Positions 11,498 to 23,499 of a stretch of DNA of 64,000 nucleotides are shown here, in pieces. A program made the position numbers and the translations under genes. The DNA lies in assembly GCA_964016885.1 (NCBI GenBank), contig OZ024740.1, forward strand, positions 142,972,001 through 143,036,000, read 5' to 3'. Within the stretch, counting starts at the first letter, position 1. Every line of letters begins with the position of its first letter. The notes under the pieces were generated by a model, which was not told the DNA's origin, did not search any database, and was given only the letters and a program-made list of their open reading frames with translations. Origin of the DNA: Eledone cirrhosa. Lineage: Eukaryota.

Positions 11498-14199
11498 TAC
11501 TCTCACTGGTAAGCACTGATCTCACCCATCCGAGTACAGTAGCCGAGTCAGGGCGGATTTCCATGGTGCGCAGCCCCCATCTCAGGGCGAGATTCACCCC
11601 TCTCAGCACAGCATCCAGTTCGGCCACGTTGTTGTGGCTGTAGTCCTCCTTCTTCCAGAGCCAGGCTGCATCCTCAACCTGGACGCCCCCTATCCCCAGA
11701 GTGACCCCTAGCGCTATGCTGCTGGCATCACACCATACGGTCCCACTCTCCGATTTGAGGACGTACCAGCGTCCTTTCACTGGGTCATCCGCCTTTACCC
11801 TCTCCACGATTTCCTGCATCATGGCCACTGTCCTCTCTCCAACCCTGTCAGTCCAGCTCACTCCGTCTGCTCGTGTCTTGACATAGCTTCATGCCGTCCG
11901 GAGTCACCCTGTGATCGGATAGTGGCCCACCAATTTACCACACATTGAGAAGAGTTCCCATCTATTCATATCGGGGCCCAGTTCCGGGACTTCGTTACCC
12001 CTCCGAAACACGAGTGTGCCCGTCTTATCCCTTTGCAACCTGAGTCCTAGCGCGGCTCCTCCTTCCATCGCCTCCGGCGGTTTCGCAGTCAGCCCGAACC
12101 TTCCCAAGTGGCCTGAGACCTCTGCTGCTGACACCACCGTCTCGTCCACCAATATGTCGTCGATGTAGGAGTTGGTGGCCCTCTTCACCTTGTCTGCTTT
12201 CCACAGAATGGCCTTGAGGACCGTCGCCATGATTTTTGGCGCAGAGTTCAACCCGAAGCCAAACCTGGTCAGGCAGTATATCTGGCCCTTATTCCTGACC
12301 AGCTGATATTCCACAGCTTCTCATCCACGTGTAACTGCAGATATGCCGACTTTAAGTCGACAATAGTGGTGGCCCCCGTCATTCGTCTCCACTCTTGCAA
12401 ACTTTCCCCGCAAACATCCGTGACCTCACCGCCTGTGTGACATGACACGTGTTCGTTCAGCTCACGAAAGTCCAGCACCGGCCTAACCTTGTTCTTCGTG
12501 GGCTGCACCACTGCCATTAGTGGCAACACTCCACACTTCACCTCCTCCTTCCAAGGAATCAGTATACTCTCCTCGATCCATCTTTGTACTTCTCCCTCAA
12601 ACTTGCTTTCAGGGTATGCTGATAGCAGCCCACTCTGTTCTTCTGCGTTGGTGGCTTTCCCTTCCAGTACCACTCAACTACCCACCGCTGCCCATCGAAC
12701 ACCGCCCTGAAATCCTTGTCCTGTATTGTATTTTCTTCGTGGATTCTCCCAGCACATGATGTCCTCTCGCTACCAAACATCACCCCGACTTCAGTCACTG
12801 TAACACCTCCAAGGCTGCCAATTGCATCCATGCCCATTACTACATCGATTCCGTCCACCACCTGGTCAATCACGATTGCCTGAAGCCTAATTTTTCTTCC
12901 CCGTACCACCATCAACACCTCGCTGGTACCTCTGCATCTAATCTCCCTGTCGTCGACTGCCCTTATACTGCTCATCCCGCTCCACTTTTTAACCACCTCC
13001 GTGGTCACTAGTGTTGTCGTGCAACCCGTGTCCACGAGTGCTCGCGATGGCTTCCCTTCCACCAAAACTTCCACTACGGGCAGCGACTGCAAAGGCGCCT
13101 CTACTCGTCTGCAGGGGTAGCTACCGGCGCAGTAGTCCCCCTTAGACCATTTCCCTGGTCGCAATTATTTGCAATGTGGCCTTGTCGCTTGCAGGGATAG
13201 CAGACTATGGTTGGCTTCGGCTCTCTGCAGTCCCTTGCCATGTGCAGGCCCTGGCACCTAAGCACCGGCCTCCGAACGCACGCGGACGACTATTCACAAC
13301 GGCTGGTCTCCTTTCGACATACGTCGGTCGCTGTCGACTGCCATGGGCTTCATTCGCTGCCAGCGCTGCAACACTCCACTTCGTGTCCTGTGTTATTATG
13401 CGGGCCTGTGCAATGAGCTCGCTCATGCTCATCTCCCTGTTGCCGTGCAGCTGCTGGAGCTTCACGGAGATTTCGTCGGGGAACCCGTTCATAAAAGCCA
13501 ACCACATGGTGCATTCGCGATCTACAGTGAATCCGGCCAACGTAACCAACCGCCGTAACTCTGTCGCGAGCACGTCCACGTGCTTTCCCTGTCATCTCGC
13601 TCTGCCTAGCTTGGCAAAAGCAGCGTACGGCTCACTTAAGTCGCTGTCATATCCTCTCGTCCATCTTGAGGTAGAGTGCTAGGGCATCTCTGTCGAGATA
13701 TAGAGCGATCAAACCACCAACGTTGTCAATGCCTTGCAGCGAGGCAACCAATGTAACCTTTCTCAACCAGGCCACATCTCCTTCACCGTTAAAAGCCTTG
13801 ATCGTCTCGCTATTCAATCTCATTTTCGCTGCAATCCCCGCTGCGAGATTGGAATCAACAACGATACCCCACGAAAGAGAACAACAAAAAAAAAAAGCTA
13901 AACTAAAGGGCTGCCGTGCCGGGAGTAAAAATGCCGAAAGATGGGGAATTTCATTAAACGGCAAAATAGCTTGTAACCGGAGGCATTCGGACTTACCTTG
14001 CGTCTCTCTGGTCCACGTGGGAGTACTTTCCGCTTGCGTCCATCACCTTCGAGGGCCTATGGCTAAGAGGCCCCTGTTGACCGCCTGGCCCTCGAGTCAC
14101 CCCCGTCCTCCTGCTTCCGGTCAGGCGTTCCCCAACTTCCGGCAATCCCCCTCCCACGACAGCTCTACCCCCCCCCCCCTCTATCTCGCGGCAGCCCCA
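11498..14199 (-). mobile_element. 3'-truncated LTR retroelement, same family as 17573-21757 (5' LTR about 13972-14199, gag, protease, RT, RNase H)
   Basis: FNGEGDVAWLRKV gag; ALVDTGC protease; KVRPVLDFRELN; YIDD; WCDASS..NVAELDAV; LTR ends ...ggttaCA. Confidence 0.88.
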
Positions 14200-14559
14200 T
14201 AATTAGTACTATAATAAAGACTATTCTAAACTTTGCTTCTCATACAAGTTTAGGCGGGGTGGTGGTCAGACATCCCGTCTAACTGGATATAGTATACTGG
14301 CACATAGTCAAACAAGGAAGAAGGAACATACCTCAATATTATGTTATAGAAACATTTTTTAATTAGAGCAATTGCAGAATATATTCAAATACATCAGTGC
14401 TCCTAGGTTGGGATATTTTTCAATCGTCATATACTGCCGCGACCGCATGGTGTGATATCGCCTTTTGGGTCACTGCGTGGAAACACGTCTATTCCCTCCG
14501 AGGTATCATCGTTTTTGAGCTATTGTTTCAGCTACTGACGTCAGAACGTGACGTCAGAA

Positions 14560-15020
14560 CTAAGGGCAGTTAATCGACTGCCTTCACAGTCGACGCTAGA
14601 TGGCGTGATCTTCTACACAAGTCTACACGAAGTAACCGACAGCTGAAAGAAATCTGTGTTAAATCGTTGTTCATCCAGTTTCGCTCATAAGGCTTCAATC
14701 GACTCGAAACAATGGTAAATACACTTGTAGAGGGTGTTGGGTGAAGCTCTCCAGCAATGGAGTGAGTTGGGCTTGTCTCTTCCTGAGAAGGTGGAGGACA
14801 GTCGAAGTCAGAGAACTTGGGACAGCATAAGTTCGAAGGCCACCTTCGATTCCCTCTTCGTCCAGTCAGATCAGTTTGCAAGGTGCCGCTTAATATCTGC
14901 CAGCGCCAAATACTCAGGCGACCCATGGCCAACGTTGGTGGCCTACTCAGCCTGGACGAACTTCGTGTCTCCATCGCCCTCAGAGTGGGAGCTGACGTCT
15001 GCATGGGTTCAAGGTGCCGG
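14560..15020 (+). mobile_element. CRE-like LINE fragment
   Basis: SQRTWDS..ARCRLISASAKYSG..LDELRVSIALRVGADVC; matches the CRE fragment at 47683-48200. Confidence 0.65.
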
Positions 15021-15024
15021 TTGC

Positions 15025-17572
15025 AACCTGCAGAAACCAAATACAGTACGTTCGGCCGCGAACTCTTGGCCACCTACCTTTCGGTTAAACATTTTCGTCA
15101 TGCTCGAAGGATCGGATTTCGTGATCTACACGGACCATAAACCACTAGTTTATGCGTTCCGTACCAAACCTGATCGACGTTCACCGAGAGAACTCCGACA
15201 CCTGGATTTTGTCTCCCAATATTCAACTGATATTCGGCATATCAAGGGATCAGACAACGTAGCAGCCGACGCCCTGTCCCGAATCCAGCTGAACGCAATA
15301 CATGTACATTCAGGCATCGACCTTCAACAGATCGCAGCTGACCAAGAGACTGACGAAGAGTTTATCAAGCTCCGAGATTCGCCATTCCTCAAGTTTCAGC
15401 AAGTTCCCATTCTTTCTTCTCCGGGACAAATTTGATGCGACCTTTCTACCGGTCATGAACGACTGTACGTACCACAGATGCATCGTCGACAAGTTTTTTC
15501 TGCTTTACACTGCTTGTCTCACCCGGGAATCCGGGCTACACAAAAACTCATCTCTACTCGTTTTGTGTGGACTAACATTAACAAGGACGTGCGCGACTGG
15601 TCCAGGAGCTGCATTGCTTGCCAGAAAGCTAAAGTCCACAGATACATCAAAACTCCACTCGGCACATTCGCGCAATCTGATGCATGTTTTCATCATGTGC
15701 ATATCAACATCGTTGGACCTCTACCACCATCACAGAACTGCACACACTTGCTCACTTGCATAGATCGATTTTCCCGTTGGCCTGAGGCTTTTCCCATAAG
15801 TGATACCTCAGCGGAAACAGTCGCTAAAACGTTGGTTTTACACTGGGTATCACGTTATGGCGCCCCAGCGAAGATAACAACGGACAGAGGACGCCAATAA
15901 CACTCCCACCTCTTCAGGGAACTGACTCGCGACACATCCGCACGACAGCTTATCACCCGCAAGCTAATGGTCTCGTGGAAAGATTCCATCGCCAATTGAA
16001 AGCTGCAATAAAAGCATATCCAGACAAGACCCACTGGTTTGAATACCTACCACTCATCCTTCTGGGCATTCGATCCACCGTTAAGGAGGAATTCGGACAC
16101 AGACCTGCAGAATTAGTGTACGGCACCACCATGGTTCTACCTGGTCATATGGTTGCTCCCATCTCTCCTCAGGACGTTCCAGACCCAGGATCATACGTAC
16201 ACCGTCTTCGACAATATATGTCTCACCTTAATCCTGCAAGCACCCATCAACAGAACACGGCCACACATGTACCTTCAGACATTAATGATTGGACACACGT
16301 TTTCATTCGAAACGACACCATCCCAGCTCATATTCGACCTTCATATTCTGGCCCTTACCGTGTTCTAAAAAAATATCTGAAATATTTTATTCTCGACCAA
16401 GATGGTAAACAGAATTATGTCAGCGTGGACAGTTACAGTCTCTACACCAGAAACTCCAACAGATTGCTGTCCCAGCAAGCCACCTGTTTCATCTCCAGTC
16501 ACGAGAAGTGGACGACGTGTCCATTGGCCCGCCCAGTTGGCACAATATGTGAATTACCGTTAACCTCAAGTGAGTTTCTCAATCATTCTTCTTGCAAAAC
16601 ATTTCCATTTCCCTTGTGTTTACTATTTCCAGTTTCAAATACAATGAACTTTCTACTTGAACAATTGCAATTTTTAGTGACCATGTGCTCATGTCACGAA
16701 GAACATTATTTATTATGAACATTAGTACCAGTAATGCACTGGGTAATTGCTGGCCTTGTGCCTAAAGTAGAAACAATTATCTATTACAAACACTATTTAA
16801 GAACAAACATTGTGTATAGCATTTTTTTTTTTTCTTCTCTCTCTTGTTTTGTAAAATTTTTTTTATTTTCCATGTTCTGCAATGTTAATTGTGTAATTAC
16901 CATAATTTGTATATACATACAAGGCGTGTACATATTCTATTTTTCATGCACACCACACAACCACGTTTGTTTCACCTTTGGTTCATACACTGAACAATAG
17001 ATATTTTGTCCCTCTAACTCTTACACTATAAAATGTTTTCTCTTTCATCACGCATTTCACAAATCGCATCCTCAAAACACTGGCCTTATTTTTTACGTAC
17101 ACATTCACTCAATAGCTCAAGAATGCCTCGCTATTTTTTACCACATGCATTCGCTCAAGTCATATGCTTTGGAGCAAACTGATACTTTTAAGCAACATGC
17201 TTACGGCCATTCATTTCACGCATTACGGTTATTTTCACTGCTCTGTTAGACTTTTTGTCACGCAATTCACAGGCAGCTCAACCCAAATTGCAACAGGCTC
17301 ATTCATCACGCCTGCATAAATCTGGTCAAGGTAATTTTATAGTTTTTTTTTTCTTCCCGACACACACATCTTGCCATATCATCTCTACATCGACTCTGTC
17401 CTATACTCGATGATCACCAAAACGTGCTGGACACTCCTTGGGCTATTGTCATGACAAATGCATCACTGGCTCATTACTATATGGCAGGGGGCTAATGTAC
17501 AGCCACCGGAAGTAACATCTGTGAAATAAACAACTCTATCTATCTGCTTGGCTAGCTACCTCACCGTAAACA
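15025..17572 (+). mobile_element. Gypsy (CsRN1-like) LTR retrotransposon 3' part: RNase H, integrase, PPT and short 3' LTR (LTR continues at 21763-21810)
   Basis: ETKYSTFGRELLA, YTDHKPL, NVAADALSR; HHCC (H..HPG..CIACQ), [30 protein letters not shown] ggcaggggg then LTR tgtacagcc at 17496 ... ggctaaaca at 21810. Confidence 0.8.
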
Positions 17573-17948
17573 TGTGGGTATGGTGTGGTGTGCGTGGCCG
17601 GAAGCTGGGGAGTGCTCGACCGGAAGGGTGCTTTGCCGGAAGGGTATTCAACCGGAAGGGCCAGCAGGTTGGCCTCTCTCTAGCGGTGATCAGGAACGTG
17701 GTGGACGCGAGTTTTGCAGCTCCCAGTTTTAACGAGTTGGATCGTACGCACGTGGAAGAGGAGAAACCAGCGATGGGATCTAGCGGCGCCTGTGAAGAGC
17801 GGTATGTGAGGTAGCTTTTTCTAACCACAAACTATTTCGGCACTGGAAACTGAGATCTGATTGAAAAAAAAAAATTATCGAAAACAAAGCTACTGGAAAA
17901 ACAGTCTGTTGTTTTTTTTTTATTACGTACCGCAAGACAAATTAGGAT

Positions 17949-18697
17949 ATGGCGACGAGACTACGAACGAGCGAAGCGATTAGGCCATTTACCGGTGAAG
18001 GCGATGTTGTTGCTTGGCTGCGAAAAGTCCGGCTGGTTGCAAGCTTACAGAAGATAGAAGATGTGGCTGGCCTCATGGCACTGTACCTCGAGGGGGAAGC
18101 GTTGGTACTCTTCCTTGAGTTGGATGAACACAGCCAAAGGGATGCGCAAAAGATTGAGAGGCGCATGATGGAAGCGTTCGCGGAGGGACCGTTAGCCGCT
18201 TTTGCTAAGCTGGCAAGAATTAGATGGAACGGTGAACGCGTTGACATTTTCGCAGTGGAAATACGGCGATTGGCCATGTTGGCTGGATATCAGGTGGAAT
18301 GCAAACGCACAGTGCGGTTGGCATTCATAAATGGATTTCCAGACGACATAGCGGTGAAACTGCAGCAAGTCCCGGGTTACAAAGAAATGGAGATGCGTTC
18401 ACTGGTGGAGCAAGCCCGCATCATAGCAGAAGATGCCAAGAAGAGTGTCGCGGCGATAGCAACTACAGCTGGCAGCGAAATGGTGCAAGGGAGGCAACCA
18501 CGGCACGCGGTCGCCCGCGAACGTTTAGAGGTCGCTGTTTTAGGTGCCAGGGCCCGCACATAGCGAGAGACTGTAGAGAGTCAAGGCCGGAAATAATATG
18601 CTTCCGGTGTAAGCGACCAGGCCACATCGCTACTAACTACGATCAGGGAAACGATCCAAGGGGAACTACTGCGCCGGTAGTTGCCCCTTACGAGTAG
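17949..18697 (+). pseudogene. gag: gag with two zinc knuckles (one frameshift near 18500-18520)
   Basis: PFTGEGDVVAWLRKV...; CFRCQGPHIARDC and CFRCKRPGHIATNY. Confidence 0.85.
18646..18689 (+). promoter_or_regulatory. Programmed -1 ribosomal frameshift signal (gag to pol)
   Basis: In-phase heptamer G GGA AAC, 5-nt spacer, hairpin aagggg-aactac/gtagtt-g-cccctt. The -1 frame is open into the protease. Conserved in the second copy (GGGAAAT at 13149-13155, minus strand). Confidence 0.8.
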
Positions 18698-21486
18698 AGA
18701 CGCTGCCCGTGGTGGAAGTCTTCGTGAGGGGAAAGCCACAGCGAGCCCTCGTGGACACGGGATGTACGACGACACTGGTGACCGCGGGGGTGGCGCAGAG
18801 GTGGAGAGGGAAGAGCAGCGTAAGGGCAGTCGACGGCAGGAGAATTGAATGCCGAGGTCGCAGCGAGGTGGAGATGGCGGTACGAGGAAGGAAAATAAGG
18901 CTTTCTGCCATCGTAGTTGACAACGTGGTGGATGGGATCGGCGTGGTTATGGGCATGGACGCAAATGGCCGTCTAGGAGACGTCACAGTGAACAACGTCG
19001 GTGTGTCGTTTGGCGGCGCTGTATCGGTATGCGCTGTGAGTACGCCGCGAGAGGAGAACCAGAAGGCCCACGAGGAGAAATACCCCGCTTACACTGTGCA
19101 GGACAAAGACTTCAAGGCCGTGTTCGATGGGCAGCGATGGGTTGTTGAGTGGTACTGGAAGGGAGAACCACCAACACTGAAGACCAAAGTGGGCTGCTAT
19201 CAACACACATTGAAGGGAGACATTAAGAGCGAGTTCGAGCGAGAGGTAGAGAGATGGATTGAGGAGGGCATACTCCTTCCCTGGAAAGAGGAGGTGAAGT
19301 GCGGAGTATTGCCGTTAATGGCGGTGGCGCAACCCACGAAGAACAAGGTGAAGCCGGTACTGGACTTTCGGGCGCTGAACGAGCATGTGTCATTCCACAC
19401 GGGTGGCGAGGTCACGGATGTCAGTGGGGAAACTCTGCGTGAGTGGAGACGCATGACGGGGGGTTCTGCAATCGTAGAACTAAAGTCGGCATACTTACAA
19501 TTACACATAGATGAGAAGCTCAGGCAGTATCAGCTGGTCAGGTAGAAGGGCCGAACATATTGCCTGACCAGGCTCGGTTTCGGGCTGAGCTCCGCACCGA
19601 AGATCATGGTGGTGGTCCTCAAGACCATTCTGGGAAAGGCCGACAAGATGAAGAGGGCCACTAATTCCTACATTGACGACATCCTAGTGGACGAGTCTGT
19701 AGTGTCGGCGGCGGAGGTCACGAGCCATTTACAGGGGTATGGACTGGCTGCGAAGCCGTCAGAAGCGTTGAAGGGAGGAGCCGCGCTGGGACTTAGGCTA
19801 CGGCGAGACAGGACGGGCATCTTGGTATTCAAGAGGGGAAATGAAGTTCCAGAACTGGGCCCAAGTATGAGTAGGCGGGAGCTTTTCTCGGTGTGTGGAA
19901 AGTTGGTGGGTCACTACCCGATTGCTGGGTGGCTCCAGACGGCATACAGCTATGTCAAGAGACGAGCGGGAGGGGTGACTTGGAGTGACAGAGTGGGAGA
20001 GAGGACGGTGGCCATGATGCAGGAGATGGTGGAGAGGGTGAAGGCCGACGGCCCAGTGCGGGGACGCTGGTATGTTCCCAAATCGCAGAGCGGGACCGTA
20101 CGGTGCGATGCCTGCAGCATAGCGCTGGGTGTCACGTTGGAGATAGGAGGTGTTGAGGTCGAGGATGCAGCCTGGCTTAGGAAGAAGGACGACTGCAACC
20201 ACATCAATGTGGCCGAACTGGACGCGGTGTTGAGAGGGGTGAACCTCGCCCTGAGGTGGGGACTGCGCACCATCGAGATACGCACCGACTCGGCTACTGT
20301 ACTCGGATGGGTGAGATCAGTACTCACCAGTGAGAAGAGAGTGCGAACGAGAGGGGCGGCGGATATGCTGATAAAGCGCCGCCTGGGAACTTTAGGAGAG
20401 CTGGCCACCGAGTTCGACCTGCGGCTGAGCCTAGTTTTCGTGCCCTCAGAGAAAAATAGGGCGGACGTCTTAACCAGGGTAAAGAAAGCCTGGATGGAAG
20501 CGCCGGAGGAGGTAGAAGAGGAGATAGCTGCCGTGTGTCGGCTGACCGAGTCGGATCTGAAAGGGTTGCATGACATGCACCACATGGGAGTGGATAGGAC
20601 CTTGTTCCTAGCCAGAAGAATCAACTCGGACGTTAACAGACACAGTGTTCAAAGGGTGGTTAGAGGCTGCGTCCGATGTCAGTCCATTGATCCCGCCCCG
20701 GGTGTGCACGAAACGGGAAGCCTCCCGGTGGATCGCGACTGGAAGCACTACCGACAGGGAACGTACCTCTCGATGGTCGACTGTGGACCAGGACGGATGG
20801 TGATATGGAGGGAGATGAAGACTGGAATAGCCGAGGAAATCATGAGGACGTTGAGAGAGGTGTTCTTGGAGCGGGGCCCTGTGGACGAACTGCTGATGGA
20901 CAACAGCGCAGCGTTCCGCTCAGAGGCGCTGAGGGAGATGCTCGATGGATGGAAGGTGGACCGTTTCTTCAGAGCAGCGTACGTGCCGAGCGGAAATGGA
21001 ATTGTGGAGCGACACCACCGGACGATCAAGGCAATCGCGGAGCGGGGCCACATCTCACCAATGGAGGCAGTGTTCTGGTACAACATGTCCCCTCGGGTGG
21101 GACAGGTTGAGGAATCGATGCCACACAGAGCAGTATTCAGATACGAGTGGCGGCACCCGTGCACTCCACCACAACGGCCAGTGGGGAGAGAGAATGCATT
21201 CGTGCAGGTGGGCGAGGAAGTCTGGGTTGAGCCCCCAGATGCACGTTGCACATCTCAATGTGGAAGGGGAACGGTGACAGCCGTAAATTCCCAGAACAAT
21301 GTGTCCGTGGACGGAGTACCACGTCATGTCCTGGTTGTCCGTAGAATCACTGTGTCAACGGACTCTGAAGAAGAGGAAACCCAAAGTGCCGCCCCAACAC
21401 TGCGGAGATCGCAAAAAAGTCGCAAACCACCAACCTGGACAGCAGACTTTCATATGCTGAAGGACGAGGGGGAAATTGATCCTTGA
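18646..21486 (+). pseudogene. pol: pol: aspartic protease, RT, RNase H, DDE integrase (in-frame stop at 19543-19545)
   Basis: LVDTGC; LDFRALN, LKSAYLQ, YIDD; CDAC..HINVAELDAV..TDSATV; HHCC (H..HHMG..CVRCQ), D-D-E in MVD, MDN, VERHHRTIK. Confidence 0.9.
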
Positions 21487-22009
21487 GATCAGGGGGGGGG
21501 CGTGTGGGTATGGTGTGGTGTGCGGTGGCCGGAAGCTGGGTAGTGTTCGATCGGAAGAGTGCTTGGCCGGAAGGGTGCTCGACCGGAAGGGCCAGCAGGT
21601 CGGCCTTTCTCTAGTGATCAGGAACGTGGTGGACGCGAGTTTTGCAGCTCCCAGTTTTAACGAGTTAGATCGTACGCACGTGGAAGAGGAGAAACCAGCG
21701 ATGGGATCTAGCGGCGCCTGTCAAAAGCGGTAAGTGAGGTAGCTTTTTCTAACCACAAAACAAACAACCCTTAAGCCACCAAAATAAAACCCCTACGCAG
21801 CGGCTAAACATTAAACGTTTATTTTTGTATAAAAAGAGTGGTTCCAAACACTTTCGCCAGTCGACCTGTGGCAGAGTCAGCTAGCGTATCGTTGTTCCTC
21901 TCCTCTGCCACGCTTGTCACTCACACACGCCTTGACCCTCTGTATCGTCACTTCATGTATGAAAATAAATAGCTGACCGAAACTACATCTCTCGCTTTGC
22001 TCGGCCTTT

Positions 22010-23499
22010 CTGAAAGATACAATATGACAGACAGTAATGGTGAATGTAAAATGCAAACTGTGTGAACTTACTATGTGTGCGTGTGTGCGTATTAGTATAC
22101 TTTCTTGTCTTAGCAGTAGTAGGATTCAATCAGCCAAGCGGGAGTGGCGTGTGAGAAATTAGTGGACAGACTGTTTTTCGTGAAGGGAGATTTGACAGCG
22201 TTGGTGAAGTACGTCCTCTCTTATCTGTGGTCTCACTTTTTCTGCCGGGTGTAAACAACCCTTGTATTTATAAGGGTTGAAGTTAGAAGGTTAGATATAT
22301 CATCTCTCGCTTTGCTCGGCCTTTCAACTTCTTCCTTCGTCTGTTCATCCTTACCATATGTGACAACAGTCCTTTTAAGGGCTATCCTCAGATCCGATCA
22401 TACCGTATGCGATAACAATCCTTTTAAGGGCTATTCTCGGATCCGATCAGAAGTAGCGACCAGACCCACTAACCACGTCGCTACAGATATGATACATCAA
22501 ATAAAATCGTAATTGACAATAAACACAGAAATTGAACAAAGCCTATCTTACATTGTCTTCTGTAATCAGTAATCTATGATATATTAAAAAAAAGACGACA
22601 TTATATATAAACTGCATTAGGAGAAAATTAGCGACAGAAATACATGCGATTATAAGTGTTATAATATAACGGCCGCTAACCGGAAGTGTTGACATTTGAT
22701 AATTTTAAAGAAGTGAATTTTAAAGATTAAGCTATAAAATATATTTAATCAACAGCCACGAAATTTAGCACATAAATTATGTAATATTCATTCATTATTT
22801 ATTCAGGATTGGCAGTATCGGTAGAGGGTTGGACGCCATACTTTGACGCATAGAGTTACGGCCCTTGCCATTCTGAGTTCAAATCCCGCCGAGGTTAACT
22901 TTGCCTTTCATCCTTACGGGGTTGATAAAATAAAGTACCAGTAATGCACTGGGTTATTTCTGGCCTTGTGCCTAAAGTAGAAACAATTATTTATTCAAAG
23001 TAATCCAACTTATTTTACAAACGGGGTAAAAAAATATATTCTGGACGCAATCCCGCAGAACTTCCTTTATTATAGTTAAGATATTCAATTTGAATATCGA
23101 ATGATAAAATCTATAACATGAAATATTCGTACAATGAGTTGGTGGCTCTTCGAGCCACGTATATACAGGTATCATAGAATACGATAATATAATTTGTATT
23201 GTATCTGAAAGATACAATATGACAGACAGTAATGGTGAATGTAAAATGCAAACTGTGTGAACTTACTATGTGTGCGTGTGTGCGTATTAGTATACTTTCT
23301 TGTCTTAGCAGTAGTAGGATTCAATCAGCCAAGCGGAAGTGGCGTATGAGAAATTAGTGGACAGACTGTTTTTCGTGAAGGGAGATTTGACAGCGTTGGT
23401 GAAGTACGTCCTCTCTTATCTGTGGTCTCACTTTTTCTGCCGGGTGTAAACAACCCTTGTATTTATAAGGGTTGAAGTTAGAAGGTTAGATATATCATC
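22010..23499 (+). repeat. About 295-bp direct duplication (22010-22304 and 23204-23499)
   Basis: Near-identical tctgaaagatacaatatgacag...ttagatatatcatct. Confidence 0.85.
22806..22992 (+). mobile_element. SINE family A copy
   Basis: A and B boxes, shared core and tail aaagtagaaacaattat. Confidence 0.85.

Larger units (their letters stand above)
17573..21757 (+). mobile_element. Full-length LTR retroelement (gag-PR-RT-RH-IN) with DIRS-like RT/RNase H, lightly degenerate
   Basis: LTRs 17573-17829 and 21503-21757 (TGTGG...CCACA, about 14 substitutions plus 2 indels by eye); 5-bp TSD AAACA; PPT aggggggggg at 21491-21500. Confidence 0.95.

Noticed and set aside
22368-22434. Two histone stem-loop-like motifs (agtccttttaagggct)
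   Set aside because: They lack the invariant GG..CC base pairs and there is no histone ORF upstream.
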